In this document: positions 16,864 to 24,265 of the stretch, piece by piece
How the letters are laid out: the number at the start of each line of letters is the position of its first letter
Position numbering within the stretch: the stretch's first letter is position 1
Assembly (NCBI GenBank): GCA_035637195.1
Contig: DASPXQ010000061.1
Coordinates: forward strand, 1 to 35,724
Length of the DNA stretch: 35,724 nucleotides
Direction of reading: 5' to 3'
Source of the DNA: Thermoplasmata archaeon
GTDB taxonomy: Archaea > Thermoplasmatota > Thermoplasmata > RBG-16-68-12
Made by a program: the position numbers and the translations under genes
Notes under the pieces: model-generated
What the model saw: only the letters and a program-made list of their open reading frames with translations
The model's database searches: none
Told to the model about the DNA's origin: nothing

Positions 16864-17501
16864 CCGCGGCGCCTCCACGGTCGGCCTTCACCCGGCGAGA
16901 GAGGCGGATCATCGACGCCGCGCCCTCCCCCGAGAAGGTGCAACGCTGGCTCGAGTCGCTGCCATACAATCACGAGAGACGGGGCGAGACGCTGCGCACG
17001 TTCCGGGGCGTCGTGCGGGCGAACCAGGTGCACTGTCTCGAGGCGGCGCTATGCGCCGCGACGATCCTCGAACAACACGGATTCCCGCCGATTGTCGTCG
17101 ATCTCGAATCCCAGGACGATCTCGATCACGTCGTCTTCCTGTTCCGACGAGGCGGGAAGTACGGGACCGTCGCAAGGTCGCGGGACCCGGGCCTCCACGG
17201 CCGCAAGGCGCTCTATCAATCCGTCCGCGACCTCGTCTATTCGTACGTCGACCCGTTCGTCGACCTCACAGGCCGCGTCAACGGTTATGGAGTCCTCGAT
17301 CTCCGGACCCTCCGCGCGGACTGGCGGCTCTCTTCGCGGAACGTGTGGGCCGTCGAGCAGACGCTGATCCGGATGCCCCACCGGCGGCTCCACACCTCGG
17401 ACGAGCGGTACCGGTGGTGGCACGAGCGCTACAAGCGGTACAAGGCGCGCCATCCCGACGGCCGACCGAAGTTCTACCCGACTCGCCACCGGTGGCTCTA
17501 G
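16860..17501 (+). CDS. Conserved hypothetical protein; possible transglutaminase-like Cys-His-Asp fold
   Basis: The ATG at 16860 overlaps the upstream TGA (ATGA). 213 aa. Candidate nucleophile context NQVHCLEAALCAA, and later DLDHVVFLF. The fold call is weak. Confidence 0.5.
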   Translation: MTAAPPRSAFTRRERRIIDAAPSPEKVQRWLESLPYNHERRGETLRTFRGVVRANQVHCLEAALCAATILEQHGFPPIVVDLESQDDLDHVVFLFRRGGKYGTVARSRDPGLHGRKALYQSVRDLVYSYVDPFVDLTGRVNGYGVLDLRTLRADWRLSSRNVWAVEQTLIRMPHRRLHTSDERYRWWHERYKRYKARHPDGRPKFYPTRHRWL

Positions 17502-17535
17502 TCCGAAGGCGCACTATCGCGCCGTCCTGAAAGAC

Positions 17536-18720
17536 GTGGGGCGAAGGGATTATCCGACGTCGGCTCCATCGGTCTCGCCCCCCCAGAGGGAGCACATCTT
17601 GAAAGCGGAGCATACAGGCGTTCGATCGGCGATCGAGGACAGGACGAACACGTCGCGGTGGGCACGGGGACCGGAGGAACCCACGCCGTTCGAGAGGATC
17701 CTGAACTCGCTCCGTCTCCCGTACGTCCTCGCCGCCCTTGTGTTCGCGAACCTCCTCGCGGCCCCGGGGTTCTTGGTCGTCGAGTTCGCCCGAACGGGCA
17801 GCTGGGATGCGGCGGCTCGGATTGTCGTCGCGAATGGCGGCGACGTCACATGGGAATGGGTGGTGAGCGCCGGGCTGTTCGTCCTCGTCAATTTCCTCGT
17901 GTTCCTAGGAATTCGCGGGATGCGGACATGGCTCGTCTCGGCGAAGGATGAACTCGTCGGTCTGTGCCCAGACGGGGAGCCGGCCTATCGTCACGCCTTC
18001 GGATTCACGTCGGCAATCTGGCCGATCGTCATCTCCGTAGGGCTCGAATTGGTTTCGGGGTTCGGCCTCGCCTTCAGCGACAGCGGCAGGCGCGAAGGCC
18101 TGTTCCTCATTCCTTTGGAAATCCTCCGGTTCCTCCTGACGCTCGGGATCCTCAATTTCGTCTGGATGTACGCGACGGGACTCCTCGGGCTGTACGAACT
18201 CGGGAAGCGGCCGCTCCGGCTGAAGTCGTACCGGGAGGATTCGTTGCTGGGCACTCGGCTTATCGGGCAGCTTTCCCTTCGCTTCGCGTTCTCGTACTAC
18301 GCGGTCCTGCTGATTGTCCTCGTCGGGAATTCATTCGGGGGCGACTTGAGCACCGCGTTGACGGTCGCCGTTTTCGCGGCCATCGGCATCCCGATGTTCT
18401 TCCTCCCGCTGACCAGCATCCGCCGCAAGATGGCGGAGGTGAAGCAACGCGAGGTCTCCGCCATCAGAACCCGCTTCGCCCAAGCGGCGGCCGACCCACA
18501 CGATGGCGAGCCGCACTCGGAGGGCGAGCCGCTCGCGCGCGTCGAGGAGCGCCTGCGGGAACTCACGACCTTGCAAGTCCTCGAGATGGAGATCCGCGAG
18601 ACGGCGAACATCCGCACCTGGCCGTACGACTCGCGGATGCTCGGGCAGTTGACGATCATCGTCCTGTCCGTGACCGCCGCGATGATCACCCGCCTGCTCA
18701 TCAACACGCTTGGGCTCTAG
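17536..18720 (+). CDS. Polytopic integral membrane protein, unknown function
   Basis: 394-aa ORF with multiple hydrophobic helices and a helical cytoplasmic insert (AEVKQREVSAIRTRF...LRELTTLQVLE). The GTG start is uncertain. Confidence 0.55.
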   Translation: MGRRDYPTSAPSVSPPQREHILKAEHTGVRSAIEDRTNTSRWARGPEEPTPFERILNSLRLPYVLAALVFANLLAAPGFLVVEFARTGSWDAAARIVVANGGDVTWEWVVSAGLFVLVNFLVFLGIRGMRTWLVSAKDELVGLCPDGEPAYRHAFGFTSAIWPIVISVGLELVSGFGLAFSDSGRREGLFLIPLEILRFLLTLGILNFVWMYATGLLGLYELGKRPLRLKSYREDSLLGTRLIGQLSLRFAFSYYAVLLIVLVGNSFGGDLSTALTVAVFAAIGIPMFFLPLTSIRRKMAEVKQREVSAIRTRFAQAAADPHDGEPHSEGEPLARVEERLRELTTLQVLEMEIRETANIRTWPYDSRMLGQLTIIVLSVTAAMITRLLINTLGL

Positions 18721-18798
18721 CGATCCCCTCCCGGGTCCGGTCCGGCTCGCGTCCGCCGAGGGCGTCGCGGGGAGTTCATTATCTCGTAAGCTATCCTG

Positions 18799-19161
18799 GT
18801 GAGCGGGGGAACCCGCGTGTTGTGGATTCAGTTTGGGAACGTGAAGGAAGGCCGAATGAAGGATTTCCAGGCGTGGACGAAGAAGAACGAGAACCTTTTC
18901 GCGAAGCATGCGCCACCCGGCTGGGCGTACCGAGGCACCTTCGGGACGGTGCTCGGGTTCGGCCGATTCGACAGCGCGCTGATCATGGAGTGCGGCAAGT
19001 ACGGCGACTTCGACAACCTCCGGGAACACAAGGACGAGACCTGGAACCGTTTGGGGCAGGAAGCGTCCGAGTTCTTCCTCCCGGGACAGAACGAGGCGAT
19101 TCTCCTGCGCGAAATCGGCGACGTCAAGGTCATGGAGCCGAAGAAGGCGAAGAAAGCCTAG
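18799..19161 (+). CDS. Small soluble protein, possibly ferredoxin-like alpha+beta barrel
   Basis: 120-aa ORF with a Lys-rich C-terminal tail. The start could instead be the ATG at 18856. Confidence 0.45.
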   Translation: MSGGTRVLWIQFGNVKEGRMKDFQAWTKKNENLFAKHAPPGWAYRGTFGTVLGFGRFDSALIMECGKYGDFDNLREHKDETWNRLGQEASEFFLPGQNEAILLREIGDVKVMEPKKAKKA

Positions 19162-19212
19162 GCAAGAGCGCTCCGGATCGACATCCGAATTTTCGGGAAG
19201 GACACGGCAGTC

Positions 19213-22200
19213 TCACGCCGCGCGATCCTCCGAGCCGAAGCGCACGAACGGAAGGTTCCCGCGGGTCACCAAGCGGTCCAGTTCGAGCGGGATTCCCTCG
19301 AGCTTCGACATGTCGAGGACGTCCCCGAACGCCCCGGGATATCGGCTCTCGAACTTCCGGACGAGGGCGCGCATCCTCGATGTCAGGGACCCGGGGGTCC
19401 GGCCGCGGTACACGACGGCGAGGTAGACCCGGGCTCCGCGGACGATCGACACGCGCTTCTCTCCGAGCTCGAGTCCCTCGAGGTGCCGCTCCTTCTCGTC
19501 AGAGAAGCTGCGGCGGGCGAAGTCCATGATCGTCGTCAACATGCCGGTCAGCAGGTCCGTGTCGAGCGACCCATCCCCGCGGCGCGACACGCTGCTCACG
19601 AGCAGGCCCGTGTTCGTCACGAGGAACGCCCACTCGAGTTGCCTGCGGCGGTAGGCGAGGAACCCGCCGAGTGCGCCGCCGGCAAGAGGCAGCGGAAGCC
19701 AGTAGAGCCAACCGGGGATGATCTCCTGGACGACGCCCGCCGGCAGGACCACGCGCACGTGGATCGTCGTCGTGCCCGTCAGGTTGCCGTCGCTCACGAC
19801 GACGTCGATGGACTCGTCCGCGTCCGCCGCATATGTGAGGAGGAGCCCTTGGCCGAGAATGAGGGCGTTCGGGCTGTTCGTAGACACGAGCACGAGGTCC
19901 GACACCTTCGTGTCCGGATCCTCCAGGTACGACACGAGCGAGAGGTACGTCGTCGTGACGTTCAGGAAGACGTCGGGTACCGCGCGGAAGGCGGGCGGAC
20001 GGTCCACGTGGAGGACCGTGATCCGGACCGTATCTTCCTGGAGCGCGCCCTGTGGGTCCGTGGCGCGGAAGGTGACCGTCTCGGTCCCCCACCATCCGGC
20101 CGCGCTCGTGAGGTCGACGCTCCCGTTCGCCTGGATTGTCACGCCAATCCTCGAATTCCCGACGGTCCAGAAGAGCAGGTTGCCATCCGGGTCCGCGAAA
20201 TAGTCGGAGAGGCGGTACGCCGCGCGGCGGGTCGTCCCCTCGTCGAAGGAGGCGTCCGGCATCTTCGCTACCACGATCGGAGGCCAGTCTGATCCCACCG
20301 CGACGAGGACCGTGCGGTCCACCGTGAACGCGCCATCGCTCACGGACAGGATGAGGCGCTGGACGGTGCCGTTCATGACCCATGGGTACGTCAGCGTGAG
20401 GAGGTGGCCCGACACGAAGGCGTGCGTTGGGTCCGAGGTGCTGACGACCAGGTCCGACGAAGGGTTGTCCGGGTCGCTGAGGTACGGGTCCAGGTTGAAG
20501 GAGAAGGGCGTGTCGAACCGCACGCGCAAGTCCGGGACCGCACCCCACACGGGCGGCGCGTCGACGTGCAGGACCGTCACCCGGACGGTGTCCTCCGCGA
20601 TCGCCCCGGTCGGGTCCGTCGCACGGAACGTCACGTCCTCCTCGCCCCACCACCCACTGGGCGCTTGGATGTCCACGCTGAGGTTCGCGCGGATCGCGAC
20701 AATCAAGTGCGTGTAGCCGGTCGAGTAGAACAACGAGTCTTGGTCCGGATCCGAGAAGTAGTCGGACAAGTTGAACACGCCGCGGACCAGCGCGCCCTCC
20801 TGCAACGTCACGTCGGGCAGCGACCTCCGAAGGGCGGGCGGGTGGTCCGTCGTCACCTTGACCACGACGACCCGCGTGACCCCGAACGTCCCGTCGCTCA
20901 GGGTCAGGTTCACGAACGCCCACCGCCCAAGGTACGCCTCCGGATACCGGAAGGTGACGTTCGTCCCGGATGTGGACACGTGGGCCGGGTCATCGCTCGT
21001 CAGCGTGAGCGACGCGGCCGGCGTGTCGGGATCGCTCATGTAGGGACCCTCGTCGAACACGTACGTGTCGTTCGCCGGTACGTAGAGCGGGGACGGCGGG
21101 CCGAATGTCGGCGGACTATCCACCTGGGTGACGTTGATCCATGCGGTCTGGCGGTCGAAGCCTCCTTCGGGATCCGTGAGCCAGTAGGTTACCAAGGCAT
21201 CGCCCCAACGGCCGCTCTGAGGCGAGATCGTCACGGTGAGCTCGCCCGGGATGTTTGCCCCGCCAATCGCGACGACGGCCGGGTCGAACCCGGTGACATT
21301 CCACCGCAGCCGCGAAGCCGGCGTGTCGGGGTCCGAGGCGTAGGCGCTGAGGTCCAGCGCCGCAGGACCCGCGTTCTCCGGGAGTAAGAGGTTCGGGATC
21401 CGACCGGCGATCCGCGGCGGCTCGCGCCCGCCACCCGCGGACGAGAAGGTGTAGGAGACCGTGAGGATCGGCCGGTGCACGGTGTCGGGGGAGTCGGAGC
21501 TGAGGAACCCATGGAGGACCCCCGTGATCTCGCTCGCCTCGAGGAAGAACACGCCGTCGTTCGGAGCGAGGCCCGCGACCCAGTCTTGGACGAGGTTCGT
21601 GATGTTCCAGGACACCCAACCAGGGCTCGCCACAGCGCTGGTCGACGTGAGCCCGAAGTCGCCTCCGGATGTGGCCCACGGCGTCGTGCCGTCACGGTAG
21701 TTCCAGGACACGCCCGCGGCCGGGGAGACCCGAAGGATGCCGAGGCTCGCGTCGAGCATCGGTGCGCCGCTCCCGGACGTCCCGTCGAGGAACCGCTGCG
21801 TGTGGTTGACGTTGTATCCCCAGGTACGCCAGTCGTGGTCCAGCCCGCCCGTCCCGTAGGCGGCCATGCCGCCCGCCGTGGGCACGAGGATCTCGAGGGT
21901 CCCGTTGCCCGTGAGGTCGGCCACAGCGGGACTCGTCATCGGGAACTGATACGTGCTTCGAAGATTCAGGTTCGGCGGGGAAATCGTCCAGCCGTTGGCG
22001 AGGAAGCCCGTGGCGGTGAGCACGTCGACCGCCGAGCCCTCGATGAACGCGATTTGTCGCGTGCCGCTCCGATCGAAGTCCGCGACAACGGGCGTGCCCG
22101 CCTGGGTCGTCCCGGCGTTGTAACTCCAGAAGGTGGACCCGTCGGACCCGCGCAGGTTGTACACGGTCCCGGACGTGACCCCCACGAGGATCTCCGGGAG

Positions 22201-23670
22201 GCCGTCGCCGTTCACGTCCGCCATGCTCTGGCCGCCTTGTCGGTACGTCGGGAGGGATCGGTACCATACCGTCGTGCCGTTCGAGGCCCAGAGCGCGAAC
22301 TCGATGCCGTTGTTGCTGACGTCCCCCGTGACGACCTCCGAGAAGCCGTCGCCGTTCACGTCGCCGTAGGCGACGCTCCCCTCAAGGAACGAGCCGCCGG
22401 GCGCGTTCGCGGCCCACAGCTCGGTGCCGTCGAGGGCGAACGCGTGCATCTTCTTGTCGTCGCCGTCCACGAGGATCTCCGGCACGCCGCCCCCGTCGAT
22501 GTCCGCGACCGTCGGCGTGTACGCTGCCACGGGAACCGTGTACGAGGGAAGGGACGCCCCGGTGCGGCCGTCAATCGCGGCGAGGTTCCTCGCGTTGCTT
22601 CCGACGAGGGCGTCCAGGACGCCGTCGCCGTTCACGTCGACGAGGGCCGGAGTCGTGAAGAGGACGGCCCCGCTGTTGTACGTCCAGACGATCGCACCCG
22701 TGCTGTTGAGCCGGACCACGCTCGGCGCGTTCGTCGACACGACGACGCTGAGTTGGCCGCTGCGGTCCACGTCCGCGACCTGGGGGGTGAAGGGGACGCT
22801 CTGGCCGGCGGAGACGAGTGTCCGCCACTTCAGATTCCCGGCCTCGTCGAGGCAATACAGGTATCCGTCCGTCCCGCCGAACACGATGTCCAGCCGGCCG
22901 TCGTTGTCCAGGTCCGCGATCGTCGCGCCGGAAGCGCCGCCCCCGGTGGGGCCGTATGTCCAGAGCGGACCCGCACTCCAAGTGCCCGTCCGGTACGAGG
23001 GCACGGACGTCCCGTTCGTGCTGTACACGATGTCGTACGTCTTCGAGGCGTACGCGCGGACCGTCGCACCGAAGAACACATGCGCGGACGAGATCTGGCC
23101 GCCACTGTACGCGTAGCGATACACCTGGGAAGGCACCTCACCGCCTGCCTCGTACACCCGGAGGTCCCGCGCGGGATCCGCGATCGAGTTCGACTGGAAC
23201 GGGACGACGACCTCGACCGGCTCCAACGTGCGGTTCACGCCCGCCGTCTCGCGGATCGTGACCGGCTGGACGGTCCACGAGTGACCCCCATCGCCTTCCG
23301 CCCACGACGCGGACGCGGGGATGACCCGAACTTCGCCGCCCGCGCCTTGCACCTCGTACATGCCGAGGGTGGCGTTCACGATCGTCGCATTCGACGGGAG
23401 GCTCGCCAGGTCGAACCTCAGGAGACTTCGAGCGAGGTAGCCGCTCGTCGCGTTCGGACCGACCCACAGCGCCGCGCCATCGCCGTAATTCCAGAGCGGT
23501 GTCCCGCTCTGGACGAACGAGTCCGTGCCGCTCGCGCCGGGCTGAAACACCACGACCTGGAGGCCCCGCGTGCTCGGGGCCGACCGACCGGACGCGGCGC
23601 CGGAGAGGAGGGATGCGATGACCATCGCGACAAGCAGGACGACAACGCTTCGAGCGGACGAGATGGCCAT
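19213..23670 (-). CDS. Giant single-pass surface protein: signal/anchor, DNRLRE-like, DUF2341-like, FG-GAP/VCBS-type beta-propeller, second DNRLRE-like, six Ig-like domains, TM, cytoplasmic alpha/beta domain
   Basis: 1485 aa. N-terminal hydrophobic VVVLLVAMVIASLL. SLLRFDLASLPSNATIVNATL (DNRLRE-like). Repeated DxDxDG-type motifs (DLDNDGRLD, VDVNGDGVLD, DIDGGGVPE, GDVNGDGFSE, ADVNGDGLPE, ADLTGNGTLE). Six ~90-100-aa repeats. TM WLYWLPLPLAGGALGGFLAY followed by RRR. Then a 146-aa tail. Confidence 0.8.
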   Translation of the reverse strand: MAISSARSVVVLLVAMVIASLLSGAASGRSAPSTRGLQVVVFQPGASGTDSFVQSGTPLWNYGDGAALWVGPNATSGYLARSLLRFDLASLPSNATIVNATLGMYEVQGAGGEVRVIPASASWAEGDGGHSWTVQPVTIRETAGVNRTLEPVEVVVPFQSNSIADPARDLRVYEAGGEVPSQVYRYAYSGGQISSAHVFFGATVRAYASKTYDIVYSTNGTSVPSYRTGTWSAGPLWTYGPTGGGASGATIADLDNDGRLDIVFGGTDGYLYCLDEAGNLKWRTLVSAGQSVPFTPQVADVDRSGQLSVVVSTNAPSVVRLNSTGAIVWTYNSGAVLFTTPALVDVNGDGVLDALVGSNARNLAAIDGRTGASLPSYTVPVAAYTPTVADIDGGGVPEILVDGDDKKMHAFALDGTELWAANAPGGSFLEGSVAYGDVNGDGFSEVVTGDVSNNGIEFALWASNGTTVWYRSLPTYRQGGQSMADVNGDGLPEILVGVTSGTVYNLRGSDGSTFWSYNAGTTQAGTPVVADFDRSGTRQIAFIEGSAVDVLTATGFLANGWTISPPNLNLRSTYQFPMTSPAVADLTGNGTLEILVPTAGGMAAYGTGGLDHDWRTWGYNVNHTQRFLDGTSGSGAPMLDASLGILRVSPAAGVSWNYRDGTTPWATSGGDFGLTSTSAVASPGWVSWNITNLVQDWVAGLAPNDGVFFLEASEITGVLHGFLSSDSPDTVHRPILTVSYTFSSAGGGREPPRIAGRIPNLLLPENAGPAALDLSAYASDPDTPASRLRWNVTGFDPAVVAIGGANIPGELTVTISPQSGRWGDALVTYWLTDPEGGFDRQTAWINVTQVDSPPTFGPPSPLYVPANDTYVFDEGPYMSDPDTPAASLTLTSDDPAHVSTSGTNVTFRYPEAYLGRWAFVNLTLSDGTFGVTRVVVVKVTTDHPPALRRSLPDVTLQEGALVRGVFNLSDYFSDPDQDSLFYSTGYTHLIVAIRANLSVDIQAPSGWWGEEDVTFRATDPTGAIAEDTVRVTVLHVDAPPVWGAVPDLRVRFDTPFSFNLDPYLSDPDNPSSDLVVSTSDPTHAFVSGHLLTLTYPWVMNGTVQRLILSVSDGAFTVDRTVLVAVGSDWPPIVVAKMPDASFDEGTTRRAAYRLSDYFADPDGNLLFWTVGNSRIGVTIQANGSVDLTSAAGWWGTETVTFRATDPQGALQEDTVRITVLHVDRPPAFRAVPDVFLNVTTTYLSLVSYLEDPDTKVSDLVLVSTNSPNALILGQGLLLTYAADADESIDVVVSDGNLTGTTTIHVRVVLPAGVVQEIIPGWLYWLPLPLAGGALGGFLAYRRRQLEWAFLVTNTGLLVSSVSRRGDGSLDTDLLTGMLTTIMDFARRSFSDEKERHLEGLELGEKRVSIVRGARVYLAVVYRGRTPGSLTSRMRALVRKFESRYPGAFGDVLDMSKLEGIPLELDRLVTRGNLPFVRFGSEDRAA
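19741..21420 (-). repeat. Intragenic tandem domain array (aa 751-1310): three A-B di-domain units
   Basis: Type-A units end in VTFRATDP.G...EDTVR.TVLHVD. Type-B units carry Y(L/M)SDPD...L.L... Each unit begins with PP. Confidence 0.7.
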
Positions 23671-23875
23671 CGCTGGTCCCGTATCGCGGCGGTTCCCGGA
23701 CGCCCAGATAAACCGGACGCCGCCGTTATCGGGGTTGATTGCCGGGGGGTCGCGGCCGGCGCACCGCCGTTCGGCACGTCCCTAACAGTTTCCTTGGAGT
23801 TTTGTCGGATGCGTGCGATGCCGTGGCATGCCCGACCGGGAAGGGCGGGAGGTCCGGAGTCTCCGGCCCGCCTCG

Positions 23876-24265
23876 ATGCTGAGCGGAACTGCATTGCGAT
23901 CGACGAGAGCCGGATTCGCGGCCGTGTTCCTCGTGTCGCTCGTGTTCGCGACGTTCGGCTCTTGGTTCAATCTTTTCCTGGCGTACCTGCTGATGCTCGG
24001 ATCGATGACCATGGCGCTCGTTGGACTCTGGCGGGCGGATCGCGCGGCCCACGAGGCGGCGCGAAACCCGGCGATGACGAACGGAATCTATGCGAGATCC
24101 GGCGCCGCTCTATCGGTCGTGGCGTTGCTCCTCTCCGCGTACTACACCGGCCTCCTCGTCGTCGTCGTGTTCCTCTGGCCCGTCACCTTACTTGGGCTCT
24201 TGATGGTGTACGCCATCCATCGCGCACGTCTCGATGCCGACGAGGGACCGGGGGCACGCGCATGA
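23876..24265 (+). CDS. Small 4-TM membrane protein
   Basis: I chose the ATG at 23876 (MLSGTALRST); the track start is the GTG at 23813. Four hydrophobic helices. The stop overlaps the next start (ATGA at 24262-24265). Confidence 0.5.
   Translation: MLSGTALRSTRAGFAAVFLVSLVFATFGSWFNLFLAYLLMLGSMTMALVGLWRADRAAHEAARNPAMTNGIYARSGAALSVVALLLSAYYTGLLVVVVFLWPVTLLGLLMVYAIHRARLDADEGPGARA

Noticed and set aside
19181-19195. A short stem CCGAA-TT-TTCGG with a T4 run, between the convergent 18799 gene and the giant gene, considered as a terminator.
   Set aside because: The stem is only 5 bp with a 2-nt loop and the T tract is only 4 nt. This is plausible but too weak to annotate.
21475-24261. The 5' two-thirds of the 1652-aa plus-strand ORF (21475-26433).
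   Set aside because: It is antisense to the giant surface-protein gene and extremely Arg/Gly/Pro-rich with no motifs. It is a typical shadow ORF of high-GC DNA. Only the part from the ATG at 24262 (VIT-VWA) looks real.
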